A stretch of DNA of 63,698 bases, filler included, from Nemertoderma westbladi (Eukaryota; Animalia; Xenacoelomorpha): NCBI GenBank assembly GCA_032718475.1. It is 3 parts of 3 records of this genome, joined end to end, with 100 filler letters (N's around TTAATTAATTAA, not from the genome) between each part and the next. Parts side by side here need not be neighbours in the genome. Positions count along the whole stretch, not along the records: positions 1 to 20,505 come from JAUCBJ010005725.1; positions 20,606 to 47,229 come from JAUCBJ010007805.1; 1 more part is not named here. The stretch is one strand, 5' to 3'. The position numbers were made by a program, and so were the translations under genes. The notes under the pieces were generated by a model. It searched no databases. It saw nothing but the letters and a program-made list of their open reading frames with translations, and had not been told where the DNA came from. Below are positions 13,984 through 27,500 of the stretch, in pieces; position 1 is the first letter of the stretch; each line of letters opens with the position of its first letter.

Positions 13984-14700
13984 CTCGGACAGTGGAAACA
14001 CGGACTCGGACAGTGGAAACTCGGACTCGGACAGTGGAAACTCGGACTCGGGCTGTGGAAACTCTGACTCGGACAGTGGAAACTCGGACTCGGGCAGTGG
14101 AAACTCGGATATTGGAAACTCGGACAGTGGAAACTAGGACTCGGACAGTGGAAACTCGGACTCGGGCAGTGGAAACTCGGACTCGGGCAGTGGAAACTCG
14201 GACTCGGACAGTGGAAACTCGGACAGAAACTCGGACTCGAGCAGTGGAAACTCGGACTCGGGCAGTGGAAACTCTGACTCGGAAAGTGGAAACTCGGACT
14301 CGGACAGTGGAAACTCGGACTCGGTCAGTGGAAACTCGGACTCGGACAGTGGAAACTCGGACTCGGACAGTGGAAACTCGGACTCGGTCAGTGGAAACTC
14401 GGACTCGGGCAGTGGAAACTCGGACTCGGACAGTGGAAACTCGGACTCGGACAGTGGAAACTCGGACTCGGACAGTGGAAACTCGGACTCGGACAGTGGA
14501 AACTCGGACTCGGACAGTGGAAACTCGGACTCGGGCAGTGGAAACTCGGACAGTGGAAACTCGGACTCGGACAGTAGAAACTCGGACTCGGACAGTGGAA
14601 ACTCGGACACGACCAGTGGAAACTCGGACTCGGAAAGCGGAAACTCGGACAGTGGAAACTCAGACTCGGACAGTGGAAACTCGGACTCGGACAGTGGAAA
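13984..14700. repeat. 21-bp tandem array at the start of SPHK intron 4
   Basis: Unit GGACTCGGACAGTGGAAACTC with 15-bp variants. Confidence 0.95.
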
Positions 14701-14719
14701 TGAGATCCTTGCAGGCTTG

Positions 14720-15105
14720 ACCTCGTCTTTATTTCACCAGCAGTGCCCACTGAATCTTAATCTGCGTTCACGGAAGGTGGTTGATACAGGCGGTATTGTA
14801 CCATAAAGCTCGGCGTTTGTCATGTGTTGTCTCCAGTTGATGTTTAGGGCTGCCCTTAGTAGCCTTGTGTAGCAACCATCAATTCGTTGTTCAAGTGATT
14901 TAGTAAGTGTCCAGGTCTCACCCCCGTATAAAAATACACTTTCCACTGTGGCTCGAAAGAACTTAGTCTTCGGGTGCCTGGAGAGATCTGATTTCCAGAT
15001 GGTATCCATTTTTGATAGAGCTACCCAAGCTTTGCTTTCCTAACTTCTATGTATTTTTTTCTACTCTCTATCCATAATCCTAGGTACTGGAAGTCGTCAG
15101 CTGCA
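14720..15105 (-). mobile_element. RTE-type LINE 3' fragment
   Basis: FFRATVESVFLYGGETWTLT...RLRFSGHCW; disrupted upstream. Confidence 0.85.
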
Positions 15106-15198
15106 AGTTAGCAATTCTAAAATAGATCCTAACTTTGTTACAACAATAAAAACTAATTTTTTATCGCCGTTTACCGTTTCAAATAATTTAAACAATTA

Positions 15199-18100
15199 TA
15201 CTGGTTACTAACTGTACTCGTACTGGTTACTAACCGTACTCGTACTGGTTACTAACTGTACTTGTACTGGTTACTAACTGTACTCGTACTGGTTACTAAC
15301 TGTACTCGTACTGGTTACTAACTGTACTCGTACTGGTTACTAACTGTACTTGTAGTGGTTACTAACTGTACTCGTACTGGTTACTAACTGTACTCGTACT
15401 GGTTACTAACTGTACTCGTACTGGTTACTAACTGTACTTGTAGTGGTTACTAACTGTACTCGTACTGGTTACTAACTGTGTACTGTACTGGTTACTAACT
15501 GTACTCGTACTGGTTACTAACTGTACTCGTACTGGTTACTAACTGTACTCGTACTGGTTACTAACTGTACTCCTACTGGTTACTAACTGTGTACTGTACT
15601 GGTTACTAACTGTACTCGTACTGGTTACTAACTGTACTCGTACTGGTTACTAACTGTACTCGTACTGGTTACTAACTGTACTCGTACTGGTTACTAACTG
15701 TACTCGTACTGGTTACTAACTGTACTCGTACTGGTTACTAACTGTACTCGTACTGGTTACTAACTGTACTCGTACTGGTTACTAACTGTACTCGTAAGGG
15801 TTACTAACTGTACTTGTACTGGTTACTAACTGCATTCGTACTGGTTACTAACTGTACTTGTAGTGGTTACTAACTGTACTCGTACTGGTTACTAACTGTA
15901 CTCGTACTGGTTACTAACTGTACTCGTACTGGTTACTAACTGTACTCGTACTGGTTACTAACTGTACTCGTACTGGTTACTAACTGTGTACTGTACTGGT
16001 TACTAACTGTACTCGTACTGGTTACTAACTCTGTACTGTACTGGTTACTAACTGTACTCGTACTGGTTACAAACTGTACTCGTACTGGTTACTAACTGTA
16101 CTCGTACTGGTTACTAACTGTACTCGTACTGGTTACTAACTGTACTCGTACTGGTTACTAACTGTACTCGTACTGGTTACTAACTGTACTCGTACTGGTT
16201 ACTAACTGTACTCGTACTGGTTACTAACTGTACTCGTACTGGTTACTAACTGTACTCGTACTGGTTACTAACTGTACTCGTACTGGTTACTAACTGTACT
16301 CGTACTGGTTACTAACTGTACTCGTAAGGGTTACTAACTGTACTCGTACTGGTTACTAACTGTACTCGTACTGGTTACTAACTGTACTCGTACTGGTTAC
16401 TAACTGTACTCGTACTGGTTACTAACTGTACTCGTACTGGTTACTAACTGTACTCGTACTGGTTTAGTAACTGTACTCGTACTGGTTACTAACTGTACTC
16501 GTACTGGTTACTAACTGTACTCGTACTGGTTACTAACTGTACTCGTACTGGTTACTAACTGTACTCGTAAGGGTTACTAACTGTACTCGTAAGGGTTACT
16601 AACTGTACTCGTACTGGTTACTAACTGTACTCGTACTGGTTACTAACTGTACTCGTACTGGTTACTAACTGTACTCGTACTGGTTACTAACTGTACTCGT
16701 ACTGGTTACTAACTGTACTCGTACTGGTTACTAACTGTACTCGTACTGGTTTAGTAACTGTACTCGTACTGGTTACTAACTGTACTCGTAAGGGTTACTA
16801 ACTGTACTCGTACTGGTTACTAACTGTACTCGTACTGGTTACTAACTGTACTCGTAAGGGTTACTAACTGTACTCGTAAGGGTTACTAACTGTACTCGTA
16901 CTGGTTACTAACTGTACTCGTACTGGTTACTAACTGTACTCGTACTGGTTACTAACTGTACTCCTACTGGTTACTAACTGTGTACTGTACTGGTTACTAA
17001 CTGTACTCGTACTGGTTACTAACTGTACTCGTACTGGTTACTAACTGTGTACTGTACTGGTTACTAACTGTACTCGTACTGGTTACTAACTGTACTCGTA
17101 CTGGTTACTAACTGTACTCGTACTGGTTACTAACTGTACTCGTACTGGTTACAAACTGTACTCGTACTGGTTACTAACTGTACTGTACTGGTTACTAACT
17201 GTACTCGTACTGGTTACTAACTGTACTCGTACTGGTTACTAACTGTACTCGTACTGGTTACTAACTGTACTCGTACTGGTTACTAACTGTACTCGTACTG
17301 GTTACTAACTGTACTCGTAAGGGTTACTAACCGTACTCGTACTGGTTACTAACTGTACTCGTACTGGTTACTAACTGTACTCGTACTGGTTACTAACTGT
17401 ACTCGTACTGGTTACTAACTGTACTCGTACTGGTTACTAACTGTACTCGTACTGGTTACTAACTGTACTCGTACTGGTTACTAACTGTACTCGTACTAGT
17501 TACTAACTGTACTCGTACTGGTTACTAACTGTACTCGTACTGGTTACTAACTGTACTCGTACTGGTTACTAACTGTACTCGTACTGGTTACTAACCGTAC
17601 TCGTACTGGTTACTAACTGTACTCGTACTGGTTACTAACTGTACTTGTACTGGTTACTAACTGTACTCGTAAGGGTTACTAACTGTACTCGTACTGGTTA
17701 CTAACTGTACTCGTACTGGTTACTAACTGTACTCGTACTGGTTACTAACTGTACTCGTACTGGTTACTAACTGTACTCGTACTGGTTACTAACTGTACTC
17801 GTACTGGTTACTAACTGTACTCGTACTGGTTACTAACTGTACTCGTACTGGTTACTAACTGTACTCATACTGGTTACTAACTGTACTTGTACTGGTTACT
17901 AACTGTACTCGTACTGGTTACTAACTGTACTCGTACTGGTTACTAACTGTACTCATACTGGTTACTAACTGTACTCGTACTGGTTACTAACTGTACTCGT
18001 ACTGGTTACTAACTGTACTGTACTGGTTACTAACTGTACTCGTACTGGTTACTAACTGTGTACTGTACTGGTTACTAACTGTACTCGTACTGGTTACTAA

Positions 18101-19400
18101 CTGTACTCGTACTGTTTACTAACTGTACTCGTACTGGTTACTAACTGTACTCGTACTGGTTACTAACTGTACTCGTACTGGTTACTAACTGTACTCGTAC
18201 TGGTTACTAACTGTACTCGTACTGGTTACTAACTGTACTCGTACTGGTTACTAACTGTGTACTGTACTGGTTACTAACTGTACTCGTACTGGTTACTAAC
18301 TGTACTCGTACTGTTTACTAACTGTACTCGTACTGGTTACTAACTGTACTCGTACTGGTTACTAACTGTACTCGTACTGGTTACTAACTGTGTACTGTAC
18401 TGGTTACTAACTGTACTCGTACTGGTTACTAACTGTACTCGTACTGTTTACTAACTGTACTCGTACTGGTTACTAACTGTACTCGTACTGGTTACTAACT
18501 GTGTACTGTACTGGTTACTAACTGTACTCGTACTGGTTACTAACTGTACTCGTACTGGTTACTAACTGTACTCGTACTGGTTACTAACTGTACTCGTACT
18601 GGTTACTAACTGTGTACTGTACTGGTTACTAACTGTACTCGTACTGGTTACTAACTGTACTCGTACTGGTTACTAACTGTACTCGTACTGGTTACTAACT
18701 GTACTCGTACTGGTTACTAACTGTACTCGTACTGGTTACTAACTGTGTACTGTACTGGTTACTAACTGTACTCGTACTGGTTACTAACTGTACTCGTACT
18801 GGTTACTAACTGTACTCGTACTGGTTACTAACTGTACTCGTACTGGTTACTAACTGTACTCGTACTGGTTACTAACTGTACTCGTACTGGTTACTAACTG
18901 TACTCGTACTGGTTACTAACTGTACTCGTACTGGTTACTAACTGTACTCGTACTGGTTACTAACTGTACTCGTACTGGTTACTAACTGTACTCGTACTGG
19001 TTACTAACTGTACTCGTACTGGTTACTAACTGTACTCGTACTGGTTACTAACTGTACTCGTACTGGTTACTAACTGTACTCGTACTGGTTACTAACTGTA
19101 CTCGTACTGGTTACTAACTGTACTCGTACTGGTTACTAACTGTACTCGTACTGGTTACTAACTGTACTCGTACTGGTTACTAACTGTACTCGTACTGGTT
19201 ACTAACTGTACTCGTACTGGTTACTAACTGTACTCGTACTGGTTACTAACTGTACTCGTACTGGTTACTAACTGTACTCGTACTGGTTACTAACTGTACT
19301 CGTACTGGTTACTAACTGTACTCGTACTGGTTACTAACTGTACTCGTACTGGTTACTAACTGTACTCGTACTGGGTACTAACTGTACTGGTACTGGTTAC
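15199..19400. repeat. 22-bp tandem array (~190 units) ending ~45 nt before the exon 5 acceptor
   Basis: Unit CTGGTTACTAACTGTACTCGTA, which contains TACTAAC. Confidence 0.98.
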
Positions 19401-19444
19401 GGACTGTATAACTTTATTTTAACTAACTATTTCGTGTATTCCAG

Positions 19445-20171
19445 ATTCACTTTGTCCGCCATATTGAACATATTGTTCCCTTGCTACCCGAGAATGATTC
19501 TCTCCTACGAACTCGCCAATCCCAACGAGTTGGCCGGTTATAGTGGAGATCGGGGGGAGGGGAAACCCGTTAAAAGGAACAGCGTGAAGCCGGAACTTAG
19601 TAAGAAATCAACCTGGGTTGCCAATGGCGACCGCGGTAATGGGGACACTGGTTACCAGGGGCAACCCGATCGGGGTAACCCCGGTTACCAAGGGCAACCA
19701 GTTCCCCGCGCCACCCCGGTTGCCCCCGGTGGCTATCGCGTCCCCTGTTGGACTCCTGCCGACGCCTCCCGCTCCCGCCCCCCCGAGGTAGACCTCCCCG
19801 GGTTAGCGGCGCCGGTCCCCCCTCACTGGCGTACCGTCCCGGCCGATCGGGTCTCCTACATAATGGCCATCAACATGAGCAGCGCGGCGCGGGAACTGGT
19901 GGTGGATGCCTCGGCTCGGTGTGCTGACGGCACCATCGCGCTGGTCTACGCTCCCGGGCGAATAAAACGGTGGCATTTCCTGCGGTTGTTCGGACAGTTC
20001 GCCGACGGTTCCTACGTCCGCGACGCGGCTATTTGTCGTCGGAAAGTTCGATCGTTCCGGATGGAGTTATCGGATAGTCGGGGATTGCTGACGGTGGACG
20101 GAGAGCTGGTAAAATTCGGATCGGTTCAGGGACAGATACTACCGGGACTCGCAACCTTTATTTACTTATAA
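19445..20171 (+). CDS. SPHK: Sphingosine kinase exon 5 (C5 motif, stop)
   Basis: CCAG acceptor yields GDARFTL across the junction; LLTVDGELV; TAA 20169-20171. The five exons total 1647 nt = 548 aa plus stop. Confidence 0.92.
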
Positions 20172-20505
20172 CCGGGACCGATTTGGGGGGACTGTAGGAT
20201 ATGGTGTAGTTATTATTATATTATATACTCGGTGCATGTTTTGCAATTTACGGTAAATTTTTCATTATCGCGACACTTTACGACCCGCTGTATAACAACA
20301 TAAGTGACACTAACTAGTTGTCCTTTCTTGCGAACGCTTTACCATGAGTTTCACCTTTGAGTTTTGTTCGATTATGTTCTTACGAGCGTGGTGAGCGTCA
20401 TTAAGTACTTTTTTTAAATTGCTTTACTATTATTTACCGCCTAACATTAACATTCCTAATCTTGTATATATTTATTAGTCGGTCTCAATATTCTGAGATG
20501 AGTTG

Positions 20506-20605
20506 NNNNNNNNNNNNNNNNNNNNNNNNNNNNNNNNNNNNNNNNNNNNTTAATTAATTAANNNNNNNNNNNNNNNNNNNNNNNNNNNNNNNNNNNNNNN
20601 NNNNN
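20506..20605. other. Assembly gap with artificial all-frame-stop linker
   Basis: N-run, TTAATTAATTAA, N-run; 100 nt in total; same structure at 47230-47329. Confidence 0.95.
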
Positions 20606-21779
20606 TAACCACTTTAACATAAGTCACAATCGTTATTGGTAACCTTTCTCTCTTACCTTCGGTATATCAAGAATATTGGGTTGCGGGGTTATTTATCGTT
20701 ATTCCAAATATAATTATTCATCAACCATATTATGAAGAACTGACAGCAAATAGCAGTATAAAACAACAAGTCAGTACCGGTATGTACTGCACATAGGCAT
20801 GAGATATTCAAGTAGTCAGTTTGCAGTGTTAAAGGATATATGCCCTTTATAATTAAACCTACTAGTGTACGACTAAAAAGCAGTACAGCACAAAAATACT
20901 TCCAAGCCGTTCTTTCTTTGGCTCAAGACTCAATGATAAACACTGCACATAGGCATTTCGTCATTTCTCGGAAATTCTCTGTACAAGGAGCCACAAAAAC
21001 GCTCTCATTGGCTGACTGAGCTGAGAGACACCGTAGAACAAAGGAAATCAACACGTATGAATGTCAGCTGTTAACCGTAGTCATAGTAACTACTGTTCAA
21101 GAGTAGCTATCACTCCTTTGCGTCACGAATTGCCATAGAATCATAAAAATATACCTTTCACAATACACATACGGAGGAAATAAGTCTTAGATCCTCTAAA
21201 AACACCGATACAGTAATAATACGGTCTCTTACACTTATTAAATCAACTACAGAGTATTTTAATGTAAAAGATAATAAAAATAACGGGGCAATTCAGCAAA
21301 GGCTTTTACACCCTTAATGCTGCTGAACATTTTGGTATGTCATGAATATCAGCCATTAAATACTGTTGTTGAAATGTGCTGTTTTGTGGTCAAAAAATAA
21401 TTCAATGGTGAAAACCAATGTCACCCACCACATGAAAGCAGCCCTTTTATCAAACTACAAAAACAGATAAAAAATTTTTTTTTGAAAATTTTATGTAAAT
21501 TTTCGAAAATTTCACTTCCGTTGGGGTCTAATTATTGTTTATATGAATTAACGTTTATTTATATGTTAGTTAAATCCCTGATCAGGGTACGGAAAGAATA
21601 GAGTTGTTCAGTTACGTAACCTGGTCCGCACCCATGGCCCCATACCTGGGGGTAATAATGAGCCTTTCCGTAGGCGTATGATTTATTAATGAACCCGTCT
21701 CTCGTCGTCGTTTGCTGTCGTTTGGACGGTAATAAGTCAGTCATTTTTTTAAAGGAAGTCTTTACTTTTTAGCATTACG

Positions 21780-22560
21780 AATACGACCGAGCGCAGCGAG
21801 GGAGATTTAATTAAAAACGAGTGTCTATAACGCTGAAATAGTGTCCTTTTCATACTTTTAGGTACGTAAATACATATAAGTTGATATAATGTAACAAATA
21901 TGTTTACTTGAGATGCAATCACCTTATCCTGACACCCTCAATCGTGGTTTGTGGAACAAGTCTACTAGAGCCTTTGTGTAGCGGTATGTGGGGCGCGCCA
22001 CGCAGTCAGGGCGAGCCTTAGCGCCCTGACTGTATTATAATTAGTAAATAGGGCAAAATTTAATGTCCGTCCGTGTCTGTCTGTCTGTCCGTCTGTAATG
22101 AAAAATTCATTCGTAAATTAACTTTTGAAGATTTTAACCATTTTCAACCAAATTTTGTATGGGCATACTAGAGGAAAAGTTCCAATATTTTTGAAAGTTA
22201 GGGGCAAATACCTCTCGAACTTTTGACTCCAGATCAAATCGAACTTGTTTCGAACTTGCTCAAGTTCGCGTGCTGCGCGATGCCCCACGAACGTGTTAGT
22301 GGGCCGTTTGTTATCGACGTTGGAAATGTTTGAACGCTAAATAGTCCGACAATCTTTGATGAAATGGAACCAAACTTAGTATACATGTAGTCTATCAAAA
22401 GCTGAGAAATTAAATTATACACACGTACAGACTTTGGTAGTACCTCTGTCGGTCGCTTTGGGCGGCGACCAGGTCCACTAATTTTACAGTTACACCAAGG
22501 CATAGATATAAAACCTCGGAGTAAAAAAACAGTTTTCATATTGAACGACTTTTTTTTAAC
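21780..22560. mobile_element. DINE-1/Helentron-like non-autonomous repeat remnant
   Basis: 11-bp-stem hairpin CAGTCAGGGCG...CGCCCTGACTG (~22003-22033), then a (GTCC/GTCT)n microsatellite and ATTTTCAACCAAATTTTGTATG; boundaries uncertain. Confidence 0.45.
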
Positions 22561-22850
22561 GTTGTATTGTCGTTATAAACAAATGCCGTTGAATGTAATA
22601 ATAGGTACATTCATGTTTCAAACTGCGAACCAGCTGATAAACAACTTCAGTAATATTTATTCACCGAAATAATAGTTGTAAACCATAGTTTAATAAGCAC
22701 AATATTCTTGTGACTCAAATGCAATCAACTCTTATAGTTTTGTTATCAAAGACAAAATACATTTTTTTTCGCGGTATATAAGTCACTAGTTAACAAGCAC
22801 TGCATGGCGTTTTGAGAACGATTTTCTTACAGTCAACCTTTAAATATTGC

Positions 22851-24266
22851 TTAATCTGCTTCACCATCGCTGAAAGTAGTTTTCTTACCCTCGGGCGGGG
22901 CTATTCCACTTAATCTCTGAGGCGGCCCTTCATCTCCACCAGCTGCCCCATCTTTAGCGATCTGGGCCTCACCATCCTTTACCCGCTTGGCAGTATCTCT
23001 ATCCGATATATCGCCACCTCTTCTCTTCCTGCCCCCTCTACCCCCATGCTGACCCCTCCCCTGTTGCCCCCCACCCCGTCCATGCTGCCCCCTGCCTCCC
23101 CGCCCACTGGCACTGTGACTCGCCAAACAAATCTTCTGCCAATACAACCTCTCCTCCTCTCCTTCTATCACCTCACCAACAACCTCATTCCCATTTACCA
23201 GTAACTTCCCCCCATTTTCCGCTCTCATCTCCTCCATTACCTTGGATCCTACAGGTTCCGCGAACCGAACGTACGCCTGTTTGTCTGCGTGGGGGTTGTA
23301 CTCTGTGAATCGGACCTGAGCCCGAGCGCTGAACGTCTGGAGAATATGTTCGCGGCCCAAACTCTCACTCAGCTCCGTTAGTTTGATTATACACCCGTTA
23401 GTATACCTAAGCTGCTCCTGTAACTCCTTTTGTCTCGCTTTCTCTTTCTCCTCCTTCGATTTAGATTTATTATCCCGGAAGGCCTGTATCTTCGCGTTAT
23501 ACCAATCTGCCTTCATGTGGACGACAAGTTCTCGGCCTTTGAACTGGGCAGGTTTCGGTTGGGCCGCGAATGTCTGGGCCTCGGCCACGGAGCTATATAT
23601 GCAGAAAACAGATCCTTTAAATATTTTAGTTCGTGGGATGCGACGCATGTGAATGTGTATTGCGTTTCCGAACGAGTCGAAGTAATTCTGAAGCTCGGAG
23701 ATTTCAACCTCGTCCGGGAAGCCTTTCGCGTAAACTGTTTGTTTATCGGTTTTGCGTTTATAGTCTTCGTCTGATAAATCAGGAAGGGGTTTATCCGGAG
23801 ATCGTCTGATACGATGTGATTCACCGTCGGTCTCAAGGAGTCCGCTGGTCGACTGTGTAAGGGCGGCGATGATAACGTCCTTGTCCGTGGATAAATCCTT
23901 GAGTCTGTTGAAGGTGAGAAGGACGTCTAAGTCGACCCAACCTTCTGGGTTCTCACGAATCTTTGATTTGAGGAACTTATCGGTGGGTAAATTGTAGTCG
24001 CCAAAGTAATGTTCTATTTGTCTGATGATTTTGTTCGCGATGTCCTCGTTTTCTAACGGTTTCGGATCAACTCCATTTCGACTCAGAACCGGTGCCGAAT
24101 CAGACACATCACCGCCATCGGTAGGTTCGTCAACACCATTGTTTGTATGTGTTTCCGACGTCTTTAGTTCGGAACAATTAACGGGCCCGGCGGCAACATC
24201 AATGTCAACCTGGTCGCCCTCTCCTTTACCGCTGCACACAGTACCGGTACCGGTAATATCAGCCAT
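22851..24266 (-). CDS. SSB: La protein (LARP3/SS-B), intronless CDS, 471 aa
   Basis: La motif QIEHYFGDYNLPTDKFL...GWVDLDVLLTFNRLK; RRM1 (VYAKGF, FKGSVF); RRM2; RGG/basic tail; ATG at 24266 (the ORF track starts at an upstream GTG). Confidence 0.95.
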   Translation of the reverse strand: MADITGTGTVCSGKGEGDQVDIDVAAGPVNCSELKTSETHTNNGVDEPTDGGDVSDSAPVLSRNGVDPKPLENEDIANKIIRQIEHYFGDYNLPTDKFLKSKIRENPEGWVDLDVLLTFNRLKDLSTDKDVIIAALTQSTSGLLETDGESHRIRRSPDKPLPDLSDEDYKRKTDKQTVYAKGFPDEVEISELQNYFDSFGNAIHIHMRRIPRTKIFKGSVFCIYSSVAEAQTFAAQPKPAQFKGRELVVHMKADWYNAKIQAFRDNKSKSKEEKEKARQKELQEQLRYTNGCIIKLTELSESLGREHILQTFSARAQVRFTEYNPHADKQAYVRFAEPVGSKVMEEMRAENGGKLLVNGNEVVGEVIEGEEERLYWQKICLASHSASGRGGRGQHGRGGGQQGRGQHGGRGGRKRRGGDISDRDTAKRVKDGEAQIAKDGAAGGDEGPPQRLSGIAPPEGKKTTFSDGEAD

Positions 24267-24639
24267 CACTGTTATTCAGTCCTTCAGTCTGAGTTATTCT
24301 GTATTTTGTTATCAGAATGTGTCGAAACTGTTGTTCGTTGTCGTACTCGGACTGTGTGACTTCGATTTTTGTTGGTCACGCCCACGACGGAATCCAATGC
24401 TCCAAGCAATGAACCCAATGCAACAATGTCTCCAAACTAATATTATTCTAATACGAACTCATTTTTATTGACGGAAACAATAATACATTTTTAATTAATT
24501 TCACTAATTTCAGAGAAAATGTCTACTTACGATTTTATTCCGGTCGGCCTACCGTACATACATTATTACAGTAACGATTGTTGGCTCTACTATTGGCGAT
24601 AAATTGTGTTTTTTGTTCAACAATAATTCATTAGCATTA

Positions 24640-24900
24640 GTGCCTGTTCTACTACCTGTACATAAGAATGGTTCTCCATCTGACCTTATGAATTACAGAC
24701 AGATTAAAGACTGTTGACTGTTGAAGTAATTATTGTTTGTGAGCAACATTAACTGCATCGTTTAAAAAATTTCTAGAACAACAGGCATATTCTATAAACT
24801 GCGCCATTGATTCTTCCCGCTACATATTTTGCGACAATTCTACTGTAGCCTAATTCCTCCTTACCTCAACTATGGACTTCTACTTTTCTCGCTACCGTAT
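24640..24900 (+). mobile_element. Degenerate LINE RT fragment
   Basis: Translates VLLPVHKNGSPSDLMNYRQI, similar to the LINE PxxKxG...NYRPI motif. Confidence 0.5.
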
Positions 24901-27219
24901 GGCCTCTCTCCATTATTGCCATCATATCTCTACCAATTGCCTAAATATTGCCAATCAACATTTTGACGTCCCCCCCCGGGGCCTTGGGATATCCCTGATG
25001 TGCCGCTTGTAACTGGGATAGCTTAATGGAACTGGACTGGCTTACTAAAGGACCCTGTCTTCTGCACGGCAGCTCCAAACCAAAACCCAGTATGTAAATT
25101 TTTTTCGAAATCGATTTTTTTCGATTTTTGGGTTTTTTTTTTGGGCGTAGAATTCATCTGACTCAGTTTCGAAACCATAGCACTAACCGATTTCGCAGTA
25201 TTAACAATTAATTAATTAACTAATTAGCTAATTTGAGCAAATACCACATCGAAACACAGTAATGCTAGTTACTGAGTTTCGTTTATCCTTTCTGGTGTTA
25301 TTTTGAAAAAGTTACTCCATCAAAACCCAGTATGTGCTCAAAAATCCCAAATTCCTACGCCAAAACCCGGTCTGTCTGTCCGTTTGACTGTCCGTCAGTA
25401 TTTCTGCCCGTCAATAAAAGCATACTATCTGTCTAAAAAATACCGTATATGGGTTTTCGGGGTCGGTGACTTCATTTCTGATGTCATTATTTAAATTTGG
25501 CCTCGTCGTTTCTGTCTATATGCCTGTCAGTCTATCCGTTAAACTATAACTGACAGCCAAACAGACAATTTGGAAGACATCAAAATGTTAAAACTGACAC
25601 TCGAAATGAATTCTGCAACCAAGAAACCCCCTATAACTAAACTTTTAATGTAATAGCTGATTTTAATCTAAATAATTAAAATTAATTAAATCTAGAATTA
25701 AATTAATAAATTTTTTTAAATTCGCTAATTAAAAATTATATAATATAACTATTTTTAGTCGATCGTACTGAAGCCAAAAAAGTTGATTCCAAGAAATTTG
25801 GACCAAGATTGAGGTGTTATTAGTTAAATTCTCAATTCCATCGCCAGCCGCTAGGTGAGGCCAAAAAATTTCAAATAAAAGTGGCAATTTGGGGATGCCC
25901 CCCCCCCCCCCCATTAATCTACCCACATAGTTTTTTATGTATCATACAGAATCAATAATGATAGCTTTAAAATATCGGGCATTTGATTAGTTTAAGGGGG
26001 GGGGGGGGGGGCTGGTGGGGTATACCCCCCATGAACCTTTTTTTAAAATGGCTGTCAATTAGTGTTAAATGATAATATTGCTATTTTGTCATATCCAACT
26101 ACTGTATAGAAGGCCAAATAGCCTTTATAGCCTTTATAGTACAAAATTTGTAGCCTCCCCCTAGCGGCTGGCGGCGGAATTAAAGATTTCACTAAAATTG
26201 CTACTACCCAGTGAAAAATGTTAGTGCGCTTCAAGTGCGTTACGCGCTCTAAGTGCGATAAATATGTGTAGTGGTTTTTATAAACTTCACCTAAGTGTGA
26301 AGGAAGTGGGTATTCAATGCGTAGTTACTACATTTTATTATCATGTGGAACATATTGTGTGTAACATGTTTAAGTTTTTATGATAATATGTACGTGTGAT
26401 AGTAAAGTGCGTTCCAGGTGTGTTTATAAAGCGTCTCTATAACTATGAAATATGGGGTAAACTGGGGTGAAGTGAGCTACTTTTGCAGTTTTTCGTGTTT
26501 TAAAAATAGTTAATATCACATTGAGGAAATACCAATGCATTCCTTTGTGCACTAGATTATTGCTCTAAACCATCTCACAAAAATTAAAACATAATTTGCC
26601 TATTAAATAGGAAAATTATATATTTTGTTTAGAGCACACAAATAGCTTAATTTACCCCACTCATGGGGCAAAGTGAGCTATCTCTAAAATCACTAACGAG
26701 CTAGAATGTTCATTACTGGGGTTTTCGGGGTCGCTGATTTCATTTCCGATGTCAGTTTTAAGGTTTTGGTGGAATCTAGTCTATCTGTCTGTCGGTCGGT
26801 CTTCTGTCTTTCTTACAATTTGACGGACAGACCGTCATACGGAAAACAGTGATAACTCGAGAACTGAAAGATTATTGAGGATTGAAGAGATGAAAGAAGA
26901 TCAATTTGAGGATTGCAAATCTTAAAACCGCTTTGTGAGACCTTTATAATATCAATGTGCACAAACATACATACAGACGAGAACACACACACACACCCAC
27001 ACACCTAAACAGACGTTTTTTTTTGACAGCAAGAATCCCTGACGGTCATCTAATAATAAATCTATAGTAAATTACATATTATTTTATTGGTGCCTTAATT
27101 TTACTCATTTTAATTTATTTTATTTCATGTTACGTTGTATGTATAATTTTAACTTATAACCAAATGTTGGTGAAATATATTCATATCTCATTACACTAAA
27201 TCTTCCGTTTTGCCTTCCG

Positions 27220-27500
27220 TATAGCTGCAGCAGCTTAGTCTATTGGTGCCATTCCTGGGCTTCCAAGTAGGATGCCCTGGTTCGATCCCTAGATGTGGCA
27301 GCACTGTTAGGGCACAGTGCTTTAAATGCTGCAACCTAGCCTAACCCTGGCATTCATCCTTCAGTGGTCGATAAACGGGAACCAAGGGAACTTGGGAAAC
27401 AGTGTGGAAGGGTTTCCCGTTGAAGATCAACCGCCCCGCCCCATGGTGGTGAACAGGAATTCCTTGGCTTAACGAGCCTAAAAGAATTTTCCATTCATTG
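27220..27500 (+). mobile_element. tRNA-derived SINE with Nin/Deu-like core
   Basis: B box GGTTCGATCCC ~27279; core CATTCATCCTTCAGTGGTCGATAAACGGGAACC; CACTAAATC on both sides may be a TSD. Confidence 0.65.

Noticed and set aside
13992-14750. VETRTRT, SESEFPL and SDSGN-repeat ORFs
   Set aside because: Translations of the 21-bp intronic array; exon 4 has a good in-phase donor at 13948
20550-20561. TTAATTAATTAA palindrome within N-runs (also ~47274)
   Set aside because: Artificial all-frame-stop contig linker
21559-21744. Minus-strand ORF MTDLLPSK... with a CAG|GTATGG donor-like site
   Set aside because: No recognisable homology, and I could not find an in-frame downstream exon
23383-24471. 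ORFs overlapping La on the opposite strand or in other frames
   Set aside because: Shadow ORFs of the La CDS
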